DNA of 64,000 nt from Bdellovibrionales bacterium. GTDB lineage: Bacteria > Bdellovibrionota > Bdellovibrionia > Bdellovibrionales > UBA1609. The notes under the pieces are model-generated. The model did no database searches, was not told the DNA's origin, and saw only the letters and a list, made by a program, of their open reading frames with translations. The first letter of the stretch is position 1. Every line of letters starts with the position of its first letter. Positions 19,722-28,827 of the stretch are shown one piece after another. Location of the stretch: the NCBI GenBank assembly GCA_965205945.1, contig CBDBIB010000003.1, positions 448,394 through 512,393 on the forward strand. Reading direction: 5' to 3'. The position numbers and the translations under genes are program-made.

Positions 19722-21233
19722 GTGGGTAACCAGATCAAACAAGTTTTAAAAGAAAAATTTAGAATTGAAAGTTTTAGAATAGGTCAGCAAGAGATTATCA
19801 ATTCTATTATGGCGAAAAAAGATGTTCTAGCACTTATGCCAACAGGCGGCGGTAAGTCGCTTTGTTATCAACTTCCAGCCTTAGTAAATAAAGGTTTAAC
19901 AATTGTAGTTTCTCCTTTGATTTCGTTAATGGATGATCAAGTGTCGTCATTAAGAGCACTAGGTCTTCCAGCTGGAGCCATTCATTCAGGTGTTTTAGAT
20001 GATGAACGTAGAGCGGTTTTTAAAGGCATTCGTAAGAATAAAAGTTATATTTTGTATTTAGCTCCAGAAAGAGCAAGAAAGCCTGCTTTTTTAGAATGGA
20101 TTCAGAAGCAAAAAGTAAATTTAATTGCAATTGATGAAGCCCACTGTGTTTCACAGTGGGGTCATGATTTTAGACCAGATTATTCAAAATTGGCTGTGTT
20201 TAAAAAAGTTTGCCCAGATGTTCCCATCATTGCCTTAACCGCCACAGCAACACCTTTAGTAAAGCAAGATATTATTAAAACACTAACTCTTTTTAAACCT
20301 GATGAGCATGTATATGGTTTTTATCGACCTAATTTATTTTATCAAGTGGAGTACTGTGGTACTGAGATAGATAAAAAAAGTATAGCTCTTCAAGCTGTTG
20401 AAAAGTTTTCTGAGGGGAGAATTATCTTATATTGTGGAACACGTGCTAAGGCGGAGTTTTGGGCGAAATTTTTAAGTGACCGTGGTGAAAGGATTGGTTG
20501 TTATCATGCTGGGCTTGAGGTGAGCACTAGAGCAAGGGTAGCTAAAGACTATGAAGAAGGTAAGATTAGAATTCTTGCAGCAACCAATGCGTTTGGCATG
20601 GGAATAGACCATCCAGATGTGCGTTTAGTTGTACATACGCAAATGCCAGGAAATATTGAATCATATTATCAAGAAATTGGTAGAGCTGGTAGGGACGGAA
20701 AGCCCTCTCATTGTCTTTTAACGTATAGTAAAAAAGATAAAAGTCTTCATACATTTTTTATTAGGTCGGCTAAAGCTCCTAAGCAAGTTATTAACAATAG
20801 ATGGGCGACACTTGAATCTATGATCACTTATGCTGAGGGTTCTGAATGTAGACATTCAGATATTTTAACATATTTTAAAGATCAAAAAAGAATTACAGCA
20901 TGCGGTCATTGTGATACTTGCGTTCCTAAAGATAGTTTAGAGTTTAAATTAGGTGTAGTTAAATCCCTTAGAAAAAGAAGAAAAATTAAGGAGACTACGC
21001 CTGATGAACTTACTGCTGAACAAATTAGGAAGATGCAAATTATTAAAACATGGAGAAAAAAATATGCTAAAGAAAAAGATATCCCAGCGTTTATGATTTT
21101 TAGTGATAAAACACTGCGTGATCTGATTAGTAAAAACCCAACAAGCCTTAAAGGGCTTTCAAAAGTTTATGGCATGGGCCCAAATAAGATAGAACTCTTT
21201 GGAGAAAAACTTTTAAAAGAAATAGACTACTAA
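19722..21233 (+). CDS. recQ: RecQ-family DNA helicase with HRDC domain
   Basis: MPTGGGKSLCYQ, DEAHCVSQWGHDFRP, ATNAFGMGID, QEIGRAGRDG, Zn site CRH...CGHCDTC, HRDC PAFMIFSDKTL. Confidence 0.93.
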   Translation: MGNQIKQVLKEKFRIESFRIGQQEIINSIMAKKDVLALMPTGGGKSLCYQLPALVNKGLTIVVSPLISLMDDQVSSLRALGLPAGAIHSGVLDDERRAVFKGIRKNKSYILYLAPERARKPAFLEWIQKQKVNLIAIDEAHCVSQWGHDFRPDYSKLAVFKKVCPDVPIIALTATATPLVKQDIIKTLTLFKPDEHVYGFYRPNLFYQVEYCGTEIDKKSIALQAVEKFSEGRIILYCGTRAKAEFWAKFLSDRGERIGCYHAGLEVSTRARVAKDYEEGKIRILAATNAFGMGIDHPDVRLVVHTQMPGNIESYYQEIGRAGRDGKPSHCLLTYSKKDKSLHTFFIRSAKAPKQVINNRWATLESMITYAEGSECRHSDILTYFKDQKRITACGHCDTCVPKDSLEFKLGVVKSLRKRRKIKETTPDELTAEQIRKMQIIKTWRKKYAKEKDIPAFMIFSDKTLRDLISKNPTSLKGLSKVYGMGPNKIELFGEKLLKEIDY

Positions 21234-21258
21234 ATTAAAAATTTGGAATGATTTTTAA

Positions 21259-21308
21259 CTTAGTTAAAACCTAAGTTCGGTTAAAAGTTTAAGCTTAGGT
21301 TAACTAAG
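21259..21308. terminator. Long hairpin between convergent recQ and a membrane-protein gene, probable terminator
   Basis: CTTAGTT(AA)AACCTAAG ... CTTAGGTTAACTAAG form a 15-bp stem with a 2-nt bulge. Confidence 0.5.
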
Positions 21309-21320
21309 AAAGCTAAAATC

Positions 21321-21857
21321 TTAGTGGTATATTTTGTGATTTAACTTAAAAAGACCACGTATAAGTAAATACCAACTTAGTATAGGTAAAAGAGCGCTTT
21401 GAATATTAAGATTGTGAAAAAAAATAAGATCTAGGTGCTTAGCCCCAAATGCATAGATTAAGTAAAGCAAAAAAGCTCCAAGATAAGCTCCTAGAATACT
21501 GTGAGTTTTATTAAGTACATTTAAAGAAGTGCATAAAAAAGCAGGAAACATTATCCATAAGGATATAATCCAGGGTGGGGGCCACCTATATTGAGGAAAA
21601 TTAACAATTCCAAAGTAATAAATATTAGTATTAGATATGAAAGATTCACATGTAAAGGTCATAAGAAAAGAAATAGTTATAAAAACAATTTCTTTTAAGA
21701 AATCTTTTGAGAAATACTTAAGATGTAAGATTAAAAAAAATAATGGAATGGTTATTAGAATAAAAAATTTAGAGTTTAGGTTATGAACTTGAGAAAATAG
21801 GATCAGGCTAGAGCTAGCTAAGAATAAAAAGATGTGTTGTAAGATTTTTAAATTCAT
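21321..21857 (-). CDS. DUF2878-like membrane protein
   Basis: Hydrophobic; PPWIISLWIMF and YxxGA motifs resemble DUF2878. Confidence 0.6.
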   Translation of the reverse strand: MNLKILQHIFLFLASSSLILFSQVHNLNSKFFILITIPLFFLILHLKYFSKDFLKEIVFITISFLMTFTCESFISNTNIYYFGIVNFPQYRWPPPWIISLWIMFPAFLCTSLNVLNKTHSILGAYLGAFLLYLIYAFGAKHLDLIFFHNLNIQSALLPILSWYLLIRGLFKLNHKIYH

Positions 21858-21862
21858 TTTGA

Positions 21863-22330
21863 CTAAGGCCCTATGTTTATTTCTTTTTTTTTATTGCGGA
21901 AAAAATTCTTGAGCAGATTTGAACATTCCACCTCCATAAGTCCTTGTGAATAAGAGGGCTTATGATTGTGTGGGTATTTAAAGCCGTGGGCAATACTTGT
22001 TATAAAACCAGTTTTAGGGTCCTTTGCACCAAAGTAGATATGCTTAAGGCGACATTGAACAATGGCTCCAGCACACATCATACAAGGCTCAAGGGTAACG
22101 TATAGGCTACAGTCTGTTAAGCGCCAGGAATTTAGGCTTTTACAGGCTTTTTTTATGGCAATTACTTCAGCGTGACCACATGGATCGTGGGTTTTTTCTT
22201 TTAAATTGTGTGCCCTAGAAATAATGAGCCCCTTAGAGTTAATAATAACAGCTCCAACAGGAACCTCTTTAACCTTTAAAGCCCTTTGAGCCTGAAGAAA
22301 AGCAGCGTGCATATAATCTAGGTGATTCAT
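21863..22330 (-). CDS. tadA: tRNA adenosine(34) deaminase
   Basis: EVPVGAV, HAE, WRL, LYVTLEPCMMCAGA, FGAKDPK. Confidence 0.93.
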   Translation of the reverse strand: MNHLDYMHAAFLQAQRALKVKEVPVGAVIINSKGLIISRAHNLKEKTHDPCGHAEVIAIKKACKSLNSWRLTDCSLYVTLEPCMMCAGAIVQCRLKHIYFGAKDPKTGFITSIAHGFKYPHNHKPSYSQGLMEVECSNLLKNFFRNKKKEINIGP

Positions 22331-22436
22331 GGAAGAATATGTTAGTTCTTTGCTGGATTGTTGACAAGTCTTTAGAATAGGTCAATTATTCCTGAAATTC
22401 TAACCTATTTTTTTTTTAAAAGGTGGTGAAAATCTT

Positions 22437-22637
22437 ATGTCATTTGTAAAGTTACGTGAAGGTGAACCCTTTGAGACCGCCTTTAGAAGATTTAAAAAAT
22501 CTTGTGAAAAATCTGGTTTATTGGCTGATATTAAAAGAAAAGAATATTTTGAAAAACCTAGTATTAGAAAAAAGAAAAAATCTATAGCAGCTCAAAAAAG
22601 AGCTAATAAAAAAACAAGAAAAGTAGATGTTTTCTAA
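22437..22637 (+). CDS. rpsU: 30S ribosomal protein S21
   Basis: EPFETAFRRFKK, YFEKPS; first gene of the macromolecular synthesis operon. Confidence 0.96.
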   Translation: MSFVKLREGEPFETAFRRFKKSCEKSGLLADIKRKEYFEKPSIRKKKKSIAAQKRANKKTRKVDVF

Positions 22638-22698
22638 GGTTTTTTTATAGGTAGGGTTTTTAGCAAGGTTTTTTTATTTTGCATATGAAAGGGTAAAT

Positions 22699-23145
22699 AT
22701 GTCTTTAAGAGTAAAAATTTTGAATGATATTAAAGAAGCAATGAAGGCTAAAGATTCTAAAAAATTAGAGGTTCTGCGTTTTGTAAACGCAGAAATTAAG
22801 AATAAAGAGATTGCTTTGCGTCCAAAACAAGTTGTAGAGGGTGACGTTGTGCAAGTTCTTAAAAGATATTTAAAACAGCGAAAAGAAGCGGTCATCCAAT
22901 TTACTAAGGCAGGGAGGCAAGATTTAGTGGATAAGGAGACTTATGAAGCTTCAATAATTACGGCTTATTTGCCAGAAACACTTACACAAGAACAGCTTAA
23001 GCCAATAGTTGATGAAGTTGTTAAATCTATAGGAGCAAGCTCTATAAAAGACATGGGCATTGTTATGAAAGAGGTTTTAGCTAGAGTAGGGGCTCAAGCT
23101 GACGCAAAGACGGTGAGTATGTTGGTTAAGGCCACATTAGCGTAA
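22699..23145 (+). CDS. GatB/YqeY domain protein
   Basis: DIKEAMKAKD, KQRKEA..QF..AGRQDL..KE, KDMGIVM; typical position between rpsU and dnaG. Confidence 0.92.
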   Translation: MSLRVKILNDIKEAMKAKDSKKLEVLRFVNAEIKNKEIALRPKQVVEGDVVQVLKRYLKQRKEAVIQFTKAGRQDLVDKETYEASIITAYLPETLTQEQLKPIVDEVVKSIGASSIKDMGIVMKEVLARVGAQADAKTVSMLVKATLA

Positions 23146-23217
23146 ATTAAGCCCCATGGGTATTTAGCATGTGGTGTTTTGACTCTTAAAGTTTAAAAGG
23201 GCTAAACTTTAGATAGT

Positions 23218-25008
23218 ATGCAGTTTTCACAAGATTTCATTGAAAAAGTTAGGGATGCTAATGATGTTGTTGAAATTATTAGTAGACATACTGTTTTTAA
23301 ACATAGTGGGCGGTCTTTTATGGCGCTTTGTCCTTTTCCTAATCATTCTGAAAAATCACCAAGTTTTTCAGTTTCTCAAGAAAAGCAGTTATACAATTGT
23401 TTTGGTTGTGGGAAATCAGGAAATATTTATTCATTTTTAAGAGATTATTATGGTTATAGTTTTTTAGAATCTATTGAGTATTTAGCAAAAAAAGCGGGAA
23501 TTTCACTTCCTACTGAACCAGGAAAGCCAGTTGATCGTAAAGAAAAAGATAATGAGAAAAAAGCTTTAAATAAAGCTTTAGAATTTTTTAAAACAAAGCT
23601 TGCAAAATTAAATCCAGATCATAAGGCCATTGAGTATTTAAAAAATAGAGGAATGGGTGATCCTAAAGCTATTCGAGCTCTTAATTTAGGGTGGGCTCCA
23701 GACTCATGGTCAGAGCTTACAGATTTTTTAAATAAGGAAGGAGTTCATTTAAAAACCGCTGTTAAAATGGGTTTATTAAAGCTTAAAAAAGAAAAAAAAG
23801 GTTACTATGATCTTTTTAGAGGGCGGGTGATATTTCCAGTTTTTTCTTTTTCAGGTGAAATTCTAGGTTTTGGTGGGCGAGTTTTAGGAGATGAAAAACC
23901 TAAATATTTAAACAGCTCTGAATCTGATTTTTTCAAGAAAGGTAGAATTTTGTATGGGCAAAATTGGGCTTCTTCAGCCATAAGACAAAAGGATGAAGCG
24001 CTAATTGTTGAAGGGTATACGGATTGGATTTCGTTGTATCTTACAGGGTTTAAGAATGTGTTGGGCACCATGGGAACAGCATTAACCATAGACCATGGTA
24101 AACAGCTTAAAAGGTGGTGCTCTAAAGTTATTTGTATATTTGATGGTGATGAGGCAGGGCGCAGGGCAAGTGAACGAGCTTTAATAAATTTATTCGCATC
24201 AGGGATTATAGCCAGAGGAGTTTTTCTTCCAGAGGGTGAAGATCCAGATAGTTTTTTAAAAGGGAGTGGGAAAGAGGTTTTTTTAAAGACTCTTAAAAAT
24301 GCTGAGGATTTATTCTTACAACTTTTAGATCAAAGATTAAGGGGTTTTAGTGGAAAAACCCATGAAAAAATAGAGGTTCTTTCATGGAGCGTTAAAATTT
24401 TAGCTCATTTAGAGCCCTCATCGCCTCTTTTTGCCGTTTATCTTCCTGAAGTGGATGCTCGACTTAGACTTGGAGTTTCTGCAATCAAACAAGAGCTTAA
24501 AAAAGAGTATAGAGGCATGAAAACTAAAAAATATAGTCCTAAGAGTGCTCAAACCATCCTTAAGAAGGTGCAAAAGATTGAAAAAGTCAGGGTTGGATAT
24601 AAAAAAAGTGATCATGAATTGATTTTACTCAACTTATTAATGGAAAGTTCAAGCATGAGAGCTTTGCTTTTTAAGGAGGGATTTAGCTTTTTAGATGCCG
24701 GGGCTGAGTTTTTATGGGGCATTATGCAGAGCAGACATAGACACAACCCTAGCGAATCTGGTAGCTTAGAGGCAAATCTGGTAAGCTATTGTAGTAATCC
24801 AGAGGCACTGACCCTCACTTTGGAGAAACCATATAGTCATTTAAGTAAAGAAAGAAAACTAGAACTATTTAATGATTGCCTTAAATCAATTAAAAAGAAA
24901 CAGCTGTTTGCCCAGGCAAAGCTAATGAGTAAGAAAATAAGACAGGATGCAGTTGATGATGATTTAAAGCAATTTATGGAAATTCAAAGAAAAAAAAGAA
25001 AGCACTAA
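23218..25008 (+). CDS. dnaG: DNA primase
   Basis: Zn finger CPFPNH...CFGC, FGGR, KYLNSSES, VEGYTD, GTALT, FDGDEAG, DPD. Confidence 0.96.
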   Translation: MQFSQDFIEKVRDANDVVEIISRHTVFKHSGRSFMALCPFPNHSEKSPSFSVSQEKQLYNCFGCGKSGNIYSFLRDYYGYSFLESIEYLAKKAGISLPTEPGKPVDRKEKDNEKKALNKALEFFKTKLAKLNPDHKAIEYLKNRGMGDPKAIRALNLGWAPDSWSELTDFLNKEGVHLKTAVKMGLLKLKKEKKGYYDLFRGRVIFPVFSFSGEILGFGGRVLGDEKPKYLNSSESDFFKKGRILYGQNWASSAIRQKDEALIVEGYTDWISLYLTGFKNVLGTMGTALTIDHGKQLKRWCSKVICIFDGDEAGRRASERALINLFASGIIARGVFLPEGEDPDSFLKGSGKEVFLKTLKNAEDLFLQLLDQRLRGFSGKTHEKIEVLSWSVKILAHLEPSSPLFAVYLPEVDARLRLGVSAIKQELKKEYRGMKTKKYSPKSAQTILKKVQKIEKVRVGYKKSDHELILLNLLMESSSMRALLFKEGFSFLDAGAEFLWGIMQSRHRHNPSESGSLEANLVSYCSNPEALTLTLEKPYSHLSKERKLELFNDCLKSIKKKQLFAQAKLMSKKIRQDAVDDDLKQFMEIQRKKRKH

Positions 25009-25026
25009 AAGTATAAGAGGAGAGCT

Positions 25027-26877
25027 ATGCCTATAAAATTAAAAACCACTAACACTTTTGAATCAAAGCAAAGCAAGCTTGTTTTAGAAGAAATTAAAAA
25101 GTTCATCGCTCTTGCAAAAGAAAAAGGTGGCTTAACTGTAGAAGAAATCGATGAAGGTTTACCAAAAGAAATTATTTTAGCAAAAGCCTTAGATGAATTC
25201 ATGCAGACCCTTGAAGTAAATGGAATCAATGTTTCTGAGTCCGGTATTGATGATACAATTGAAGAGGAAAATGAAGAAGATTTTTTCTTGGCAGATCCGG
25301 AAAGTGAAGAGGAAGAGGATAAAGAAGATAAAAAACAGGAAGCTGAATCTAAAGGAAATGATCCTGTAAGGTTGTATCTTAGAAAAATGGGCTCTGTATC
25401 TCTTCTTACTCGTGAAGGTGAAGTTGAAATTGCTAAACGTATTGAGCAAGGTGAACGAAAAATAGTACGAGCTATTTTGATGAGCCCAATGGGAACATCA
25501 GAGATTATTCAACTTGGTGAGCGTGTTGGAGAAGGTCGTATTAAAGTTAAAGCTGTGTTTAGAGGCCTTGAAGATGAGGAAACTCAGTATAACGAAGAAG
25601 AGTACTTAGATAAAATTCAAGAGTTGTTAGGTGTGGTTAGAAAATATCAAAAAAAAGCAGGTCCAGCGTTTAATAAACTAAAAGAAGTTGGCCATAATAG
25701 CGTTGAAGGTCAAAAGTTTAAAGAGAAATTAACAGATATTAACGAAGATCTTATGCAAGATTTTGAAGATATTAATTTTAATAGAAAAACAATTAATAGA
25801 ATTATAGTTAAGTTTAAAAACACCGTTGGCCGAATGACTGAACTTAGGAGAAGAATTAAAGAGGCTCAAAAATATACTTTTGCAGATAATCCTGAAACTA
25901 TATTTGCAAGGTATAATGATGCTAGAGAAAATGATAAGTTAATGGATAAAATTACAAAAGAACTAGGCTTATCTTATGGTAAATATACAGATTATGTAGA
26001 GTCTGCTATTGATGCTAATCAAAGATTAGTTCGTTTAAAAAAAGATTCAAACATGTATTTTGAGTGGGTAAGAGACACGTATACAGAGATTTGGAAAGGT
26101 GAGCGTGAGGCTGACCGTGCAAAATCTGAGCTTGTTGAAGCCAATTTAAGGCTTGTTGTGTCTATTGCTAAAAAATACACAAATAGGGGATTACAGTTTT
26201 TAGATCTTATCCAAGAAGGGAATATTGGTCTTATGAAGGCTGTTGATAAGTTTGAGTATAGAAGAGGGTATAAGTTTTCTACATACGCTACATGGTGGAT
26301 CAGACAGGCCATTACAAGAGCCATTGCGGATCAAGCAAGAACTATTCGTATTCCAGTTCATATGATTGAAACCATTAATAAACTTGTAAGAACATCTCGT
26401 CAACTTGTTCAAGAACTAGGTAGAGAACCTCTTCCTGAAGAAATTGGTGATCGTATGGAAATGTCTGTTGAAAAGGTTAGAAAAGTTTTAAAAATTGCAA
26501 GAGAGCCTATTAGTTTAGAGACCCCCGTTGGCGAGGAGGAGGATTCGCATTTAGGAGATTTTATTGAAGACATTAGAGTGGTTAATCCTCACGAAGCCAT
26601 TGCAAGTTTAAATTTGGCTGAGCAAACTCGTAAAGTTTTACAAACTCTTACGGGAAGAGAAGAAAAAGTATTGCGCATGAGATTTGGTATTGGTGAAGAA
26701 AGTGATCATACGTTAGAGGAGGTTGGACAGGACTTTAACGTTACTAGAGAAAGAATTAGGCAGATTGAAGCAAAGGCGTTAAGAAAACTTAGGCACCCTA
26801 GTCGTTTAGGTAAACTGTCTAACTTTATGGATGGGCAACCTAAAGATCCATCTCATAAAGACAAGGGTATTGAATGA
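25027..26877 (+). CDS. rpoD: RNA polymerase primary sigma factor
   Basis: [64 protein letters not shown]. Confidence 0.97.
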   Translation: MPIKLKTTNTFESKQSKLVLEEIKKFIALAKEKGGLTVEEIDEGLPKEIILAKALDEFMQTLEVNGINVSESGIDDTIEEENEEDFFLADPESEEEEDKEDKKQEAESKGNDPVRLYLRKMGSVSLLTREGEVEIAKRIEQGERKIVRAILMSPMGTSEIIQLGERVGEGRIKVKAVFRGLEDEETQYNEEEYLDKIQELLGVVRKYQKKAGPAFNKLKEVGHNSVEGQKFKEKLTDINEDLMQDFEDINFNRKTINRIIVKFKNTVGRMTELRRRIKEAQKYTFADNPETIFARYNDARENDKLMDKITKELGLSYGKYTDYVESAIDANQRLVRLKKDSNMYFEWVRDTYTEIWKGEREADRAKSELVEANLRLVVSIAKKYTNRGLQFLDLIQEGNIGLMKAVDKFEYRRGYKFSTYATWWIRQAITRAIADQARTIRIPVHMIETINKLVRTSRQLVQELGREPLPEEIGDRMEMSVEKVRKVLKIAREPISLETPVGEEEDSHLGDFIEDIRVVNPHEAIASLNLAEQTRKVLQTLTGREEKVLRMRFGIGEESDHTLEEVGQDFNVTRERIRQIEAKALRKLRHPSRLGKLSNFMDGQPKDPSHKDKGIE

Positions 26878-26903
26878 ACTTAGTGCTTGTTTGTTTTTTT
26901 TAA

Positions 26904-26980
26904 GGGGGCGTAGCTTAGTTGGTTAAAGCATCCCGCTCATAACGGGAGGATCGTTGGTTCGAATCCAGCCGCCCCTACCA
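26904..26980 (+). tRNA. tRNA with CAT anticodon (elongator Met or Ile2; not initiator)
   Basis: Full cloverleaf GGGGGCG...CGCCCCT-A-CCA, anticodon loop CTCATAA, TTCGAAT T-loop. Lacks C1:A72 and the three G-C anticodon-stem pairs of initiator tRNA. Position after rpoD matches E. coli ileX, but Met vs Ile2 cannot be settled by eye. Confidence 0.95.
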
Positions 26981-27030
26981 ATTGTTAAAGTATTCAAACT
27001 ATTTTTTTTAAAAAAAAAGATTCAGGTTTT

Positions 27031-27063
27031 GGGAGTGAGCGTTAGCTCGACTCCCTTTTTTTA
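27031..27063 (+). terminator. Intrinsic terminator after rpoD-tRNA
   Basis: GGGAGT-GAGC-GTTA-GCTC-G-ACTCCC followed by a T-run. Confidence 0.8.
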
Positions 27064-27129
27064 TGCCCTTAGAAAAGTCCTCATCTAGACTTTTTGAAAA
27101 ATTCTAACTTCTATGGGGTGAGTTTTAGA

Positions 27130-28624
27130 CTGACTTTTACCCACAAATAGGTCTAGGTTTTATAATTTTAAAATCAAAATAATATTAAACTCCAAATTGA
27201 TTTTAAGAATTGGAGTTTTTGTGAATATTAAAAATGAATTTAAAAATGCTCAACTTGGTGATAAACGACTTAACCACAGACTTGAATACCTTGCTGAGGC
27301 TTTGAGTAAAAATAATGGTGAGTCTATCTCTTTTTCATGCCAAGATTGGAAATCTTCTAAGGCGGCTTATAGATTCTTTGATAATGACAACTTTCAGGCT
27401 GAAGAAATTCTCAAACCTCACATAAAACAAACGCTCAACAGAATGAATGCTCTAGATGAAAATGATATGTCTTTAATTTTACATGACTTAAGTGAAATAA
27501 CTTTCTCAAAAAATAAAGTCTTTTAAGGCAACGCAGGATACTTAGGGTCCTACATAGATCATCGAAATGGTAAAGAGTACGATACACCAGGTTTAATGAT
27601 ACATTCATCTCTTGCTCTATTAAGTAAAACGGGAGTTCCTTTAGGTTTAGTGAATCAAAAAATGTGGTCTCGTGATTCTAAAAACAGAAGAAAAATAAGA
27701 AAAGCTGGAAAGAACTTTACCAGAGTCCCTGTTCAAGAAAAAGAAAGTTTTAGTTGGATTGAGGGGGGTGAACTTAGTTGTTGCTGAATTTCAAGCTGAA
27801 AAGCAAGTGCACATTTGTGACCGAGGTGCGGGGATATGTATGAGTTATTTTTTAATTGTATTAGTTTTGGTACAAACTTTTTAATTCGTGGAGTTCATGA
27901 TAGGTGTACATCAAGGAAGAAAATAAAGATTTATGATAATATCCCGAAAACAGCTCCTGTAGGCAGTTACAATCTCAATCTGCCTAAGACTCATAAAAGA
28001 GAGGCAAGAACTGCGAAAGTAAAGATTCGCTTCTATAAAGTTACAGTCCTGCCTTCTCCACATAGGAGTAAAGATTATCCCCCCGTTGAGGTCTATGTTG
28101 TATCTGCAAAAGAAGATGGCCCTAAGCGAGAGGATCAAGTTGATTAGAAACTCTTAACAAATATCCCAATAACAAATTTTGAAGAGGCTATAGAGAAAGT
28201 GAACTGGTATAAACTTCGTTGGAATATAAAAGTGTATTTTAAGACGTTAAAATCAGGTTTTAGTGTAGAGAAAAGTCGTTTAAGGAGTTTAGAGAGGATC
28301 AAAAAGTATGTAGCGTTTAGGAGTGTTTTAGCTTGGCGAATATTTTGGATTTCAAGGATTTCTAGAGTTGATTGCGAAGTAAATGCAGATCACTGTTTTA
28401 CAAAAGAGGAACAAGTTTTGTTATCAAAATTAGAAGAGCAGTCAGGCAGGTTATTAGGAGCAAATGATAGCTTGGCAAAATTTGTAAAATCGTTTGCAAG
28501 ACTAGGAGGTTATTTAGCAAGGAACTCTGACCCACCTCCAGGCCAACAAGTTCTGTGGAGGGCGATGATAAAATTTAATGATATTAAAACAGGTAATAAC
28601 TTATGATTTGTGGGTAAAAGTCAG
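27130..28624 (+). mobile_element. IS4-family (IS50/Tn5 group) insertion sequence, 1495 bp, with perfect 19-bp terminal inverted repeats and a 9-bp target duplication
   Basis: IRL CTGACTTTTACCCACAAAT (27130-27148) is the exact reverse complement of IRR (28606-28624). AGTTTTAGA flanks both ends (27121-27129 and 28625-28633). Confidence 0.95.
27197..28606 (+). pseudogene. IS4/Tn5-type transposase pseudogene
   Basis: LGDKRL..R and KAAYRFFDN (Tnp_DNA_bind), LHD, HICDR, W.LLT, YREK-type motif, LGGYL, PPG. In-frame stops at 27524 and 28145, and two compensating frameshifts in G-runs between about 27760 and 27835. Confidence 0.92.
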
Positions 28625-28827
28625 AGTTTTAGACCGCTTACTTAGTTGAGAGCTTCTTCCTGGTTTTATTTGTTTTGTTCTTTTCTTTTCTTGTGCTGAA
28701 CCCAAACTTCATCTGAATCGAGTGGGACTCTTTCTGATAAAATAGGGTTAAACTCGTCAAGATTTGAACTCTCATTTAGCTTTAGCACTGTAAACCCACT
28801 ATGATCTTCTAGCACCATATCTTTTTC

